From Erysipelotrichaceae bacterium OH741_COT-311 (GTDB taxonomy: Bacteria > Bacillota_I > Bacilli_A > Erysipelotrichales > Erysipelotrichaceae), in contig RQZE01000001.1 of the NCBI GenBank assembly GCA_003858585.1, forward strand, positions 30,001 to 62,000: 32,000 bases of DNA, read 5' to 3'. Below, piece after piece: positions 9,632 through 18,527 of this stretch (position 1 is the stretch's first letter; each line of letters opens with the position of its first letter). Both the position numbers and the translations under genes were made by a program. The notes beneath the pieces were generated by a model, which did not search any database, was not told the DNA's origin, and worked only from the letters and a program-made list of their open reading frames with translations.

Positions 9632-10828
9632 CTATAAACCTAAAATTTCATAAGTATCTTTGGCAATTACCAATTCTTCATTTGTTGGTACAACCCATAA
9701 AGCTACATTGGATGCTTCATTCGAAATTAATTGTAATTTACCACGTGTTTTAGCATTAACCTCATAGTTAATATCTAAATGTAATGCTTCTTTTAAACCA
9801 TTTAAAATCATTTCTCTTAAATGTGTATCATTTTCACCAAGACCAGCTGTAAATGCAATCGCATCAACATGACCTAATTGCATAACATATCCACCAATCA
9901 CATTAATAACACGATTTACATAGATTTTTTGTGTTAAAATAGCACGTTCATTCCCTTGTTGAACAGCATTTTCAATATCACGTGCATCACTTGATAAACC
10001 ACTAACCCCTAACATACCAGATTTCTTATTTAAATATACATCCATTTCATCAGGTGTAGCATTTAATTTTTTCATCATATAAAATACAATCGTTGGGTCA
10101 ATATCACCACAGCGTGTACCCATCATAATACCACCTAAAGGAGTTAAACCCATTGAGGTATTAATACATTTTCCACCTTTTACAGCCGTAATAGAAGCAC
10201 CATTCCCTAAGTGACAAGTAATGATGTTTAAGTCTTTAATATCTTTATTCATTGCTTTTGCAGTTTCATATGCAACGTATTGATGTGATGTGCCATGAGC
10301 ACCATAACGTCTAATGTTATAGTCTTTATACCATTCATATGGAACAGGATACAAATAAGATTCTTCCGTCATTGTTTGATGGAATGCAGTATCAAAGACA
10401 AAGACATGCCCAATGCTTGGTAATGCTTCTTTAAACGCTTTATAGCACACTAGATGTGCAGGATTGTGCAATGGAGCAAGCTCCGATAGCATGGCTACAT
10501 GTTCTACGACTTCTTCATTTACTTTAACAGATTTATCATAAAAGCTACCACCTTGTACAATACGATGTCCTGCACCATTAATTTCATCTAATGAAGATAC
10601 AACTTGATGTTTAACCAATGCATCAAGCAATAAATTAACCGCAACTTTATGATCTGGAATTGGAAGCTCTGTTGTAAACTTTTCCCCATTTATCTTAATG
10701 GTAAAAATACCAGATTCTAAACCAATACGCTCTGCAATCCCTGATGTTAATACCTTTTCTTGTGGCATTAAAAATAATTGAAACTTCAATGATGAACTAC
10801 CTGCATTAACTGAAATAATTTTACTCAT
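9632..10828 (-). CDS. ackA: Acetate kinase
   Basis: The 398-aa protein begins ISVNAGSSSLKFQLF and also carries HRIVQGG and TCHLGNGASI. A GGGAGGA RBS lies 7 nt upstream of the ATG. Confidence 0.95.
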   Translation of the reverse strand: MSKIISVNAGSSSLKFQLFLMPQEKVLTSGIAERIGLESGIFTIKINGEKFTTELPIPDHKVAVNLLLDALVKHQVVSSLDEINGAGHRIVQGGSFYDKSVKVNEEVVEHVAMLSELAPLHNPAHLVCYKAFKEALPSIGHVFVFDTAFHQTMTEESYLYPVPYEWYKDYNIRRYGAHGTSHQYVAYETAKAMNKDIKDLNIITCHLGNGASITAVKGGKCINTSMGLTPLGGIMMGTRCGDIDPTIVFYMMKKLNATPDEMDVYLNKKSGMLGVSGLSSDARDIENAVQQGNERAILTQKIYVNRVINVIGGYVMQLGHVDAIAFTAGLGENDTHLREMILNGLKEALHLDINYEVNAKTRGKLQLISNEASNVALWVVPTNEELVIAKDTYEILGL

Positions 10829-10842
10829 AAAATCAATCCTCC

Positions 10843-11157
10843 CTACTCTGTATCTTTTAATTTATGAACTAAACTATTAATTTTTTCATTATTTAATTTT
10901 TCAAGCTCTTGATATATTTCTTGACGTTGTTGATAGCTATGATATAATCCTAATTTTTCTTCATATCCATCCAACAAACTTTCACAACGTTTCACTAAAT
11001 CGTAAACTGCACTTTTTGATACTTCATGAATATCTGCAATTTCATTCAATGATAAATCATCTTTATAATAAAAATTCATCATGGTTAGCTGTTTTTCTGT
11101 AAGCAATATACCATAGAAATCTAACAAATAATTATAATATTCCGTCTTCTTTAACAT
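10843..11157 (-). CDS. ylxM: YlxM/p13-like putative helix-turn-helix protein (UPF0122)
   Basis: The motif LLDFYGILLTEKQ...FYYKDDLSLNEIA....SKSAVYD is typical of YlxM. It follows ftsY as in B. subtilis and overlaps the ftsY 3' end by 26 nt in another frame. Confidence 0.8.
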   Translation of the reverse strand: MLKKTEYYNYLLDFYGILLTEKQLTMMNFYYKDDLSLNEIADIHEVSKSAVYDLVKRCESLLDGYEEKLGLYHSYQQRQEIYQELEKLNNEKINSLVHKLKDTE

Positions 11158-12118
11158 CTTTAATTCCCTGTGTAATACTATAAAGATACATATTTAAATC
11201 AAATTCTTTTAAATCTTCTAACCCTTCTCCTAATCCCAAAAATAAAACTGGAATCTTTAATATATTCTTTATGGCGATTACAATACCACCTTTACTAGTA
11301 CCATCCATTTTGGTAAGAATAATACCGTCTAATGATGTAATTTCATTAAAAATTGATGCTTGACTAAGACCATTTTGCCCAGTTGTTGAATCCAATACCA
11401 ACCAAGTATAATGAGGAGCTCCTTCAATTTCTCTTCCTAATACTCGTTTCATTTTAGAAAGTTCATTCATTAAATTAGCCTTATTTTGTAAACGCCCTGC
11501 TGTATCACAAATCAATATATCAATGTTATTTGTTTTAGCATAACGACAACCATCAACCAGTACACTACTTGGGTCTTGTCCTTCTTTTCCTTTAATAATT
11601 GGAACATTTAAACGACTTGCCCACATCGACAATTGTTCAATAGCACCTGCTCGAAAGGTATCTCCTGCAACCAAGGCAACCCTTTTCCCCATCTGTAAAT
11701 ATTTGTATGCTAATTTGGCACATGAAGTCGTTTTCCCTGAGCCATTGACACCAACTACCATAATAACTGTGGGGCTTACACTTAGACTTATTTCAATGGC
11801 TTCTTCACCATAAATCTCAGCCATAGATTCTACTAATAAATCCATCACTTCATCAAAATTAAGAACAACATAATTTTTACTTTTCTTTTGAAGTAATGAA
11901 ATGATTTCATTCGCTGTGGTAATACCAATATCACTTTCCAATAAAACAATCATTAATTCTTCCAAAAAATCTTCATTGATACTTTTAAATCCTAAACGAA
12001 ATCCTCCTAAACGTTTACCAAAACTTTCTTTTGTTTTATCAAATCCACTTAAATATTGATCGTTATCTTTTTTATTCTTTCCAGTCACTAATTGTTTTAA
12101 CTTATCTAAAAATCCCAT
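11132..12118 (-). CDS. ftsY: Signal recognition particle receptor FtsY
   Basis: The 328-aa protein has the NG domain motifs GVNGSGKTTS, DTAGR and TKMDGTSKGG. An AGGAG RBS lies 7 nt upstream of the ATG, and the gene starts 2 nt after the smc stop. Confidence 0.95.
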   Translation of the reverse strand: MGFLDKLKQLVTGKNKKDNDQYLSGFDKTKESFGKRLGGFRLGFKSINEDFLEELMIVLLESDIGITTANEIISLLQKKSKNYVVLNFDEVMDLLVESMAEIYGEEAIEISLSVSPTVIMVVGVNGSGKTTSCAKLAYKYLQMGKRVALVAGDTFRAGAIEQLSMWASRLNVPIIKGKEGQDPSSVLVDGCRYAKTNNIDILICDTAGRLQNKANLMNELSKMKRVLGREIEGAPHYTWLVLDSTTGQNGLSQASIFNEITSLDGIILTKMDGTSKGGIVIAIKNILKIPVLFLGLGEGLEDLKEFDLNMYLYSITQGIKDVKEDGIL

Positions 12119-12120
12119 TC

Positions 12121-15048
12121 CTACTCTCCTTGTCTTTCATCTGCCATCGACACCGCATCCAATAGTTTAACCTTTAACATTTGTGAAACACCTTGTTTTT
12201 GCATTGTAACACCATATAAGACATCTGCCTGTGCCATGGTACCTGGACGATGGGTAACAATGATGAATTGTGTATCTTCTGAAAAGTTTTTAATGTACTT
12301 AGCAAAACGTTCTACATTTCCTTGGTCTAAAGCCGCCTCAACTTCATCAAAAATCACTAATGGTACCGGACGAACTTTAAGAATCGTAAACAACACACAA
12401 ATCGCAATTAACGTCTTTTCACCACCTGAAAACAAACGGATGTTTTGTACAGACTTACCCGGAGGTTGTACATCAATATCAATACCTGTATTTAAAATAT
12501 CATTTGGATCTTCTAAAATTAATTTAGCTTTTCCACCACTAAATAAGCTAGTAAACGTATGATTAAGTTCTTGATTAATCTTATCAAACATCTCTTTAAA
12601 TTGCTTAATCATAATGCTATCCATTTCATCAATCGCTTTTAAGATTTTATCACGACTATTACATAGATCATCATAATTCTTTTTCATAAACTCATAACGA
12701 GTATTTACTTCACTATATTCTTCCGGAGCATTCATATTAATATTACCTAATGCATCAATTTCATTACGCAGTGTTAATACTTCCTCTTTGGCATTGGCAA
12801 GTGTATCATCTTGATATTTCTCTAAAGCAAATTCATAGGTAAGTTGATACTCACTTGTCAAACGATTTAAGTTATTTTCAAGCTTGGTTTCAATCTTTGC
12901 TTGTGATGAAATCATAATCTTTTCTTGCTCAACGGTTTGTTGTAATTCCTTGCGTAATTGTCTTATTTGTTGCTCCTTACGTTCAATATCTGCACTTGCT
13001 TTTAGTCGATTATCTCGTTTTAATTTGATTGAAGTAGATATTTGATCACGTAATGAATATGCTTGATTTAAAGACTGCACAACGGTATTGGAAAAATCTA
13101 CTTCTTGTTGTTTATGACCACCTAACAGTTCTAAATCACTCTTTAATTTTTCATATTTTGCACGTTTCGCATCTACAACCGGTTCTAACTGAGCACTTTG
13201 AATACGCTTTTCCTGAATGTTACGATCAATTTCTTCTTTTTGCTTTACAATATCAAAATAAGCCTTATAAGCTAATTCTTTACGAGCTTGATACGATTGT
13301 AAATCTTTAATGATATTGTCATATTCTTTTTGAACCGTTAAAAGAGAGGTTGCATTCTTAAGTTTCCCCCCTGTCATTGCTCCACCTTTTGCAATGAAAT
13401 CTCCATCTAAAGTAACAATTTTATATTGATAATTCAATAAACGAGCTAAATGATTACCATGTTCTAAGCTATCTGTAATTAAAACGTTATTTAATAGCGA
13501 TAGCTTAACCAAAGCAAACTCTTCATCACAATCTACAAATTCACTAGCTAAACCTAGATATCCTACCGTATTTTGACATATAATACTATGATCATGTCCA
13601 ATATTTCTTTGTTTTAAAACACTTAATGGCAAAAATGTTACCCTACCTGATTGATTTTTCTTTAAAAAGGCAATTGCATGACGAGCACTTTCTTCATCCT
13701 TAGTTACAATATTATACATGGCAAAACCTAAAGCAGTCGCAATTGCTTCTTCATAACCACTTTTTGGTTTAATTGCTTGTCCTACCACCCCAATTACCCC
13801 AAATAAATGTTGCTTGTTATCCATAACGGCTTTTACACCAGCTTGATTATTAAATGGCTCTTTAATTAAATTTTCTAAGACTTCTTTACGATTTTCGTTA
13901 CGACGTAAAATACTATCTGCTTCCTCTTTTGCCTGAGTTGCATTAATTAATTCTAAAGCGGTATCACTTAATTGTTTACTTAACAATTGTATTTCTACAT
14001 GAATTTTATTTAATCGTTGATAACGATCATCATATTCAAACTTCGCTTCATCTAATAAATTTTGTAATTGTAATGCCTTTTCTTCACTATTCCCTACTTC
14101 GATTAAATACTTACGTTTTTCATCTAATTCAATTTTTCTAGTTTCTAGAATTTGAATTTCATTTACTGTCTTCATTAAATCATCTTGTAACTTATTAATT
14201 TCTCGATCTAACTGATGAACATCCTGTTTTGCCTCAATTGTAGTATTTTCAAACACTTGAATTTGTGTTTGGTGCATCATCGTATTTGTCTCAATATCAA
14301 ATAAACTTTTTTTAATCTCTTCTTTTTGTAAATTTAATTGTTTAATCTCTTCTACCAATACTGCTATTTCAATTTGTTCTAAACGAGCTTTCTTTTCACG
14401 ATATAATTCTGCTTTTTTGGCTTGTCTTTTTAATGGAGATACTTGTTTCTCTAACTCATTAAGAATATCAAAGGCACGATCTAGATTATCTTTTGTACGT
14501 GCTAATTTATTTAAAGATTCAATTTTACGCTTTTTATACTTACTAACCCCAGCTGCTTCTTCAAAAATAGCACGACGTTCAATCGGTTTGGCTTCCGCAA
14601 AACTTACGATATTGCCCTGAGAAATCATAGATAAAGAATCTTTTCCCAAACCGCTATCTAAAATTAATTCCACAATATCTTTTAATCGTGATGGATTACG
14701 ATTAATTAAATACTCAGCATCTTGTCCATTACGAAAGATACGACGAGTAATTTCAATTTCATCTTGTTCACTATTTAAATATCGCTTTGTATTATCAAAA
14801 ACCAATGTTACTTCTGCCATATTAACCATTTTACGATCGGCACTACCAGCAAAAATTACATCTGTCATTTTATCACCACGAAGAGACTTAACAGATTGCT
14901 CTCCCAAAACCCAACGTATGGCATCCGTAATGTTACTTTTTCCACATCCATTTGGTCCAACAATTCCCGTAACAGAATCTTCAAACTGTATGATAACTTT
15001 ATCCGCAAAGGACTTAAAACCTTGCATTTCGATTCTTTTCAAAAACAT
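12121..15048 (-). CDS. smc: Chromosome partition protein SMC (short-arm form, 975 aa)
   Basis: It has an N-terminal Walker A GPNGCGKSN, a central hinge (GVIGVVGQAI...GRVTFLPL), a signature motif LFSGGEKTL and Walker B LVIFDEVEAALD. A GGAGG RBS lies 7 nt upstream of the ATG. Confidence 0.95.
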   Translation of the reverse strand: MFLKRIEMQGFKSFADKVIIQFEDSVTGIVGPNGCGKSNITDAIRWVLGEQSVKSLRGDKMTDVIFAGSADRKMVNMAEVTLVFDNTKRYLNSEQDEIEITRRIFRNGQDAEYLINRNPSRLKDIVELILDSGLGKDSLSMISQGNIVSFAEAKPIERRAIFEEAAGVSKYKKRKIESLNKLARTKDNLDRAFDILNELEKQVSPLKRQAKKAELYREKKARLEQIEIAVLVEEIKQLNLQKEEIKKSLFDIETNTMMHQTQIQVFENTTIEAKQDVHQLDREINKLQDDLMKTVNEIQILETRKIELDEKRKYLIEVGNSEEKALQLQNLLDEAKFEYDDRYQRLNKIHVEIQLLSKQLSDTALELINATQAKEEADSILRRNENRKEVLENLIKEPFNNQAGVKAVMDNKQHLFGVIGVVGQAIKPKSGYEEAIATALGFAMYNIVTKDEESARHAIAFLKKNQSGRVTFLPLSVLKQRNIGHDHSIICQNTVGYLGLASEFVDCDEEFALVKLSLLNNVLITDSLEHGNHLARLLNYQYKIVTLDGDFIAKGGAMTGGKLKNATSLLTVQKEYDNIIKDLQSYQARKELAYKAYFDIVKQKEEIDRNIQEKRIQSAQLEPVVDAKRAKYEKLKSDLELLGGHKQQEVDFSNTVVQSLNQAYSLRDQISTSIKLKRDNRLKASADIERKEQQIRQLRKELQQTVEQEKIMISSQAKIETKLENNLNRLTSEYQLTYEFALEKYQDDTLANAKEEVLTLRNEIDALGNINMNAPEEYSEVNTRYEFMKKNYDDLCNSRDKILKAIDEMDSIMIKQFKEMFDKINQELNHTFTSLFSGGKAKLILEDPNDILNTGIDIDVQPPGKSVQNIRLFSGGEKTLIAICVLFTILKVRPVPLVIFDEVEAALDQGNVERFAKYIKNFSEDTQFIIVTHRPGTMAQADVLYGVTMQKQGVSQMLKVKLLDAVSMADERQGE

Positions 15049-15072
15049 GAAAAAACCTCCATTTACATCTAT

Positions 15073-15083
15073 TAATTATACCA
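15073..15083 (-). promoter_or_regulatory. Candidate extended -10 promoter for smc
   Basis: The minus strand reads TGGTATAAT (TGnTATAAT), ending about 25 nt upstream of the smc ATG and immediately after the upstream terminator T-run. The -35 is poor. Confidence 0.45.
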
Positions 15084-15088
15084 AAAAA

Positions 15089-15121
15089 AAACAATATTAA
15101 AAACAGATTTCAATATTGTTT
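15089..15121 (-). terminator. Rho-independent terminator after the U32 gene
   Basis: Arms aaacaatatt (15089-15098) and aatattgttt (15112-15121) form a stem, and the minus strand has a run of 9 T directly after it. The stem is AT-rich, so it is only moderately stable. Confidence 0.55.
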
Positions 15122-15137
15122 TACTTTTACAATACCT

Positions 15138-17327
15138 TTATAAAAAAGAATATTTCTGTATATAATAATTATTTACTCCTGAAATCCTTTGATCAAAGTG
15201 ATAGTCTTTAGAATCTAAAAGTCTTAAATTACAATGTGCATCTCCATATAATGGAAAAGCCTCTTGATTATAATCAAGCAACTGATATTCTGCTTTTCTA
15301 CATAGTGCACAAGCCTTTTTGGTACCATCTTTTAATGTATTATTAATTAAACAATACTTCATAATCATCAAATCTCGTCGACCAGACTTAAATATACCAA
15401 CGTTTGCTGCATAACCATAACGATGCTTAAATGCTTTAAGCATCACTTCTATTTGTTTTATGTTTAGTTCTAGTGATAAAAAAACTGTATTAATTTTACA
15501 ATCATGTAAAAACTTAATAGCGTAACTATTTGTGACATTAAATGTAGTATAGGAAATGGCATTGGTTACCAAATGATTTAAATCACCAAGCTGACTAGCA
15601 CACTTTGTAGGATAATATTGATCTTTTTCATTAACACTACTTCCTTTATAATACACGTAATCGTTTACAAGAGAATGATTATTACTTAGATAATGATAAT
15701 CTATATTTGTTATATCGTTAAGTGTTTCAATTTCACAATACGTATCTTCAGTATATTGTAAATCATTCTTTTTAAATGTGTATTGGTACGCTCCTTTACG
15801 ATCTCGATGCACAATTTCCTTTAACAACATCATCTTTTCAATCACTTCTCTTTTAAGAAGATTTAATACTTTGACAGGTATAAAAATCGCATCATCAATA
15901 TCCATATGATATCGAAAATAATAGGGTGTATCTGCAATCTTATCCAATGACTTTTGAATTAATACAGCATCCATGCCTTGATTCATTGCTTTACAAACAA
16001 GATATTCACTTTCTAGCTCAACAACATTTCCTTTGGTATCTTTTGCATGTATGAATATATGTTGATTTATCTTAGCGGTAAACCTTAAATCAATGAGAAC
16101 ACGTTGGTACATTTCTTTTTCTTTTGAGATACTTAAAAGTTGATGATAATCACTTGTTAAATATACAAGATCTCCTTTACGTAAATGATGTTTCATTTTT
16201 ATTTCAATCAGTTCACCTTTTGCTCCTTGATTGACTAACAAACCATCTTTATATAAATAATTACATATAAAACCAATGTCTTCTTTTATGTTAATAATAC
16301 GAATACCATCCTGTTGATGCAAAGGACGCTTTAAACGAATAAAAAAAGATTGTTTACTAACTTTTTCAATATAACCTAATTCAATTCCCATGTGATTAGG
16401 ACGCTTAGTATTAATCATATTGGTATTGTTTTCATTAAAAACATAACCCTTGGTAAATCCGCGATGAAATAACTTTTTTAGACTTTCTTCTTTTTCTTTT
16501 GTTAATTCATAAATTTCATGTTTAAAAAATGTATCAATAGCATCTCGAAATGTTTTTGTAACCTCATAAACGTATTCAAAACGTTTCATACGTCCTTCTA
16601 TTTTAAATGACTTTACTCCAGCCTGAATAAGTTCATGAATATATGCAATAGTATTTAAATCTTTCAGTGAAAGCATGTAAGAAATATCAGTTGTCTCTTC
16701 TTTTGTTGTTGAATTATATAAACGATAAGGCAAACGACAAAGTTGCGCACAACTACCACGATTGCCACTACGTTGTTTAAGTATGGAAGAAATAAAACAC
16801 TGCCCACTATAAGAAACACACAAAGCACCATATACAAACACTTCAACATCAATACCTAAATTACATATCTCTTTAATAATATCAATAGGTGTTTCACGAG
16901 CAACAACAACACGTTTGATACCGCGTTGCATCATAAACCTTGCACCTTCTACATTATGAATATGCATTTGTGTAGAAGCATGTAATTCTAAATCTGGATA
17001 ACGCTTTGATACAACTTCTAATAAACCTAAATCTTGAATAATAATTGCATCTACATCATGTTTATATAAAAAATCAACTTGAGCAATTGCATCTTCCATC
17101 TCATCTTCATAGATTAACGTATTCATTGTTACATAAATACTTACTTCACGTTGATGTGCATATTTTATCACTTCAACGAGTTCTTCTAATGAAAAATTTG
17201 CTGCAAAACTACGAGCTCCAAAACGATTACTGGCTAAGTAGATTGCATTTGCACCTGCATTACAAGCTGCATACACAGCATCCTTACTTCCACAAGGAGC
17301 TAGTAATTCAATATCCTTTACTTGCAT
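15138..17327 (-). CDS. Long-form peptidase U32 family protein (Fe-S enzyme family that includes RlhA, TrhP and UbiU/V)
   Basis: The U32 signature EVFVYGALCVSYSGQCFIS is followed by GSCAQLC, giving a C-x6-C-x15-C-x3-C pattern. The 729-aa protein has a C-terminal extension. Its start overlaps the sdaA stop by 10 nt. Confidence 0.85.
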   Translation of the reverse strand: MQVKDIELLAPCGSKDAVYAACNAGANAIYLASNRFGARSFAANFSLEELVEVIKYAHQREVSIYVTMNTLIYEDEMEDAIAQVDFLYKHDVDAIIIQDLGLLEVVSKRYPDLELHASTQMHIHNVEGARFMMQRGIKRVVVARETPIDIIKEICNLGIDVEVFVYGALCVSYSGQCFISSILKQRSGNRGSCAQLCRLPYRLYNSTTKEETTDISYMLSLKDLNTIAYIHELIQAGVKSFKIEGRMKRFEYVYEVTKTFRDAIDTFFKHEIYELTKEKEESLKKLFHRGFTKGYVFNENNTNMINTKRPNHMGIELGYIEKVSKQSFFIRLKRPLHQQDGIRIINIKEDIGFICNYLYKDGLLVNQGAKGELIEIKMKHHLRKGDLVYLTSDYHQLLSISKEKEMYQRVLIDLRFTAKINQHIFIHAKDTKGNVVELESEYLVCKAMNQGMDAVLIQKSLDKIADTPYYFRYHMDIDDAIFIPVKVLNLLKREVIEKMMLLKEIVHRDRKGAYQYTFKKNDLQYTEDTYCEIETLNDITNIDYHYLSNNHSLVNDYVYYKGSSVNEKDQYYPTKCASQLGDLNHLVTNAISYTTFNVTNSYAIKFLHDCKINTVFLSLELNIKQIEVMLKAFKHRYGYAANVGIFKSGRRDLMIMKYCLINNTLKDGTKKACALCRKAEYQLLDYNQEAFPLYGDAHCNLRLLDSKDYHFDQRISGVNNYYIQKYSFL

Positions 17328-18526
17328 GCTACATCAAACTCACTTGCTAAACCACCAAGCGATGTTTCTCGTAATTCCACCGCAATTTTTTTACCTGTAT
17401 AATTCATGGTATTTACAACCATATCAAAACTAACACGATTATCCTTAATCGGATGTAAGTTCTTTGATAAAACCATCGCATCTATAGAACGTAATACAGC
17501 TACTGCATTACGTTCTATACAAGGAATAATTACATAACCCCCCACAGGATCACATGTTAATCCTAAGTGATGCTCAATCCCAATTTCAGCAGCATATTCA
17601 ATTTCTTCATCTGTTAAATCATTTAAAAAACCACTTAAAGCAGCACTCATGGCACAAGCACTACCAACTTCTGCCTGACAACCACCACAAGCTCCAGAAA
17701 TCGATGCATTGCGTTTAATAAGATTCCCAAAAATACCCGCTACTTTTAATCCATCTATAATCTTTTCTTTAGAAATTCCTAAATCATTGTGATAATAGTA
17801 AACCATAGCTGCCATTACACCGCATGCTCCTAAAGTAGGAGCTGTAACCACAAGCTGTCCACTGGCATTTTCTTCATTTGCCGCATATGCATAAGACATG
17901 AGCTTAATACGATCTTGTTCCTCTTTAGAGCTTGTATCAATTCCTTTTTGATACAATTTTTTTGCACAACGAGATACATCTAACGGACCTGGAAGCAAAC
18001 CTTCTTTACTTAAACCACGTTTTACGCAATCCACCATTACATCAAAACATGATTCTAAATGTTCATTTAAATCAGGTTCATAGTCATTGACATAATCAAG
18101 TAAATGTTGTTGTTTTCCCTTACAGACATCCATTATCTCTTTAAAGGAAGTCTCTACATAAATCTCATCATTATAATTTAATGTCTTTTCTTTAATTTGG
18201 ATGCTTCCTCCACCTATGGAAAAAACAGTCCATTTGTATTCACGATGATTCCTATCATAACCATAAAGATAAAAACCATTTGGAAACTCTTCTTTCCAAT
18301 CCAATTTAAACTTAATTTCTACTGACGCAGGTTGAAATGTTTCAATAATGATTTTATCTGTCATATGTCCTTTTCCCGTTAAGGATAAAGAACCATACAA
18401 TTCAATTACATAGTGATCAAGCAGACCAAATTCTTGAATATGCAAAAGACATGCACGTTTAGGTGCTAAGGTATGAGAAGAACTAGGACCAGGTCCAATT
18501 TTATATAATTCTTTTAAAGATTGCAT
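17318..18526 (-). CDS. sdaA: L-serine ammonia-lyase, iron-sulfur dependent, single-chain form
   Basis: The N-terminus has YKIGPGPSSSHT and the alpha-domain region has SGACGGCQAEVGSACAMSA. I chose the ATG at 18526 because GGAGG lies 5 nt upstream inside the holA 3' end, and this start is 1 nt past the holA stop. The ORF-track start at 18541 would overlap holA. Confidence 0.85.
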   Translation of the reverse strand: MQSLKELYKIGPGPSSSHTLAPKRACLLHIQEFGLLDHYVIELYGSLSLTGKGHMTDKIIIETFQPASVEIKFKLDWKEEFPNGFYLYGYDRNHREYKWTVFSIGGGSIQIKEKTLNYNDEIYVETSFKEIMDVCKGKQQHLLDYVNDYEPDLNEHLESCFDVMVDCVKRGLSKEGLLPGPLDVSRCAKKLYQKGIDTSSKEEQDRIKLMSYAYAANEENASGQLVVTAPTLGACGVMAAMVYYYHNDLGISKEKIIDGLKVAGIFGNLIKRNASISGACGGCQAEVGSACAMSAALSGFLNDLTDEEIEYAAEIGIEHHLGLTCDPVGGYVIIPCIERNAVAVLRSIDAMVLSKNLHPIKDNRVSFDMVVNTMNYTGKKIAVELRETSLGGLASEFDVACK

Positions 18527-18527
18527 A

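Noticed and set aside
12236-15100. Several plus-strand ORFs (12236-12562, 13053-13310, 14417-14620, 14918-15100) lie opposite smc.
   Set aside because: They are antisense shadow frames within a highly conserved gene. They have no RBS or promoter context and no recognisable motifs.
16664-17350. A same-strand alternative-frame ORF (16664-16852) and a plus-strand ORF (17045-17350) lie inside the U32 gene.
   Set aside because: Both are embedded in a conserved coding region. Their repetitive low-complexity translations make them unlikely to be expressed.
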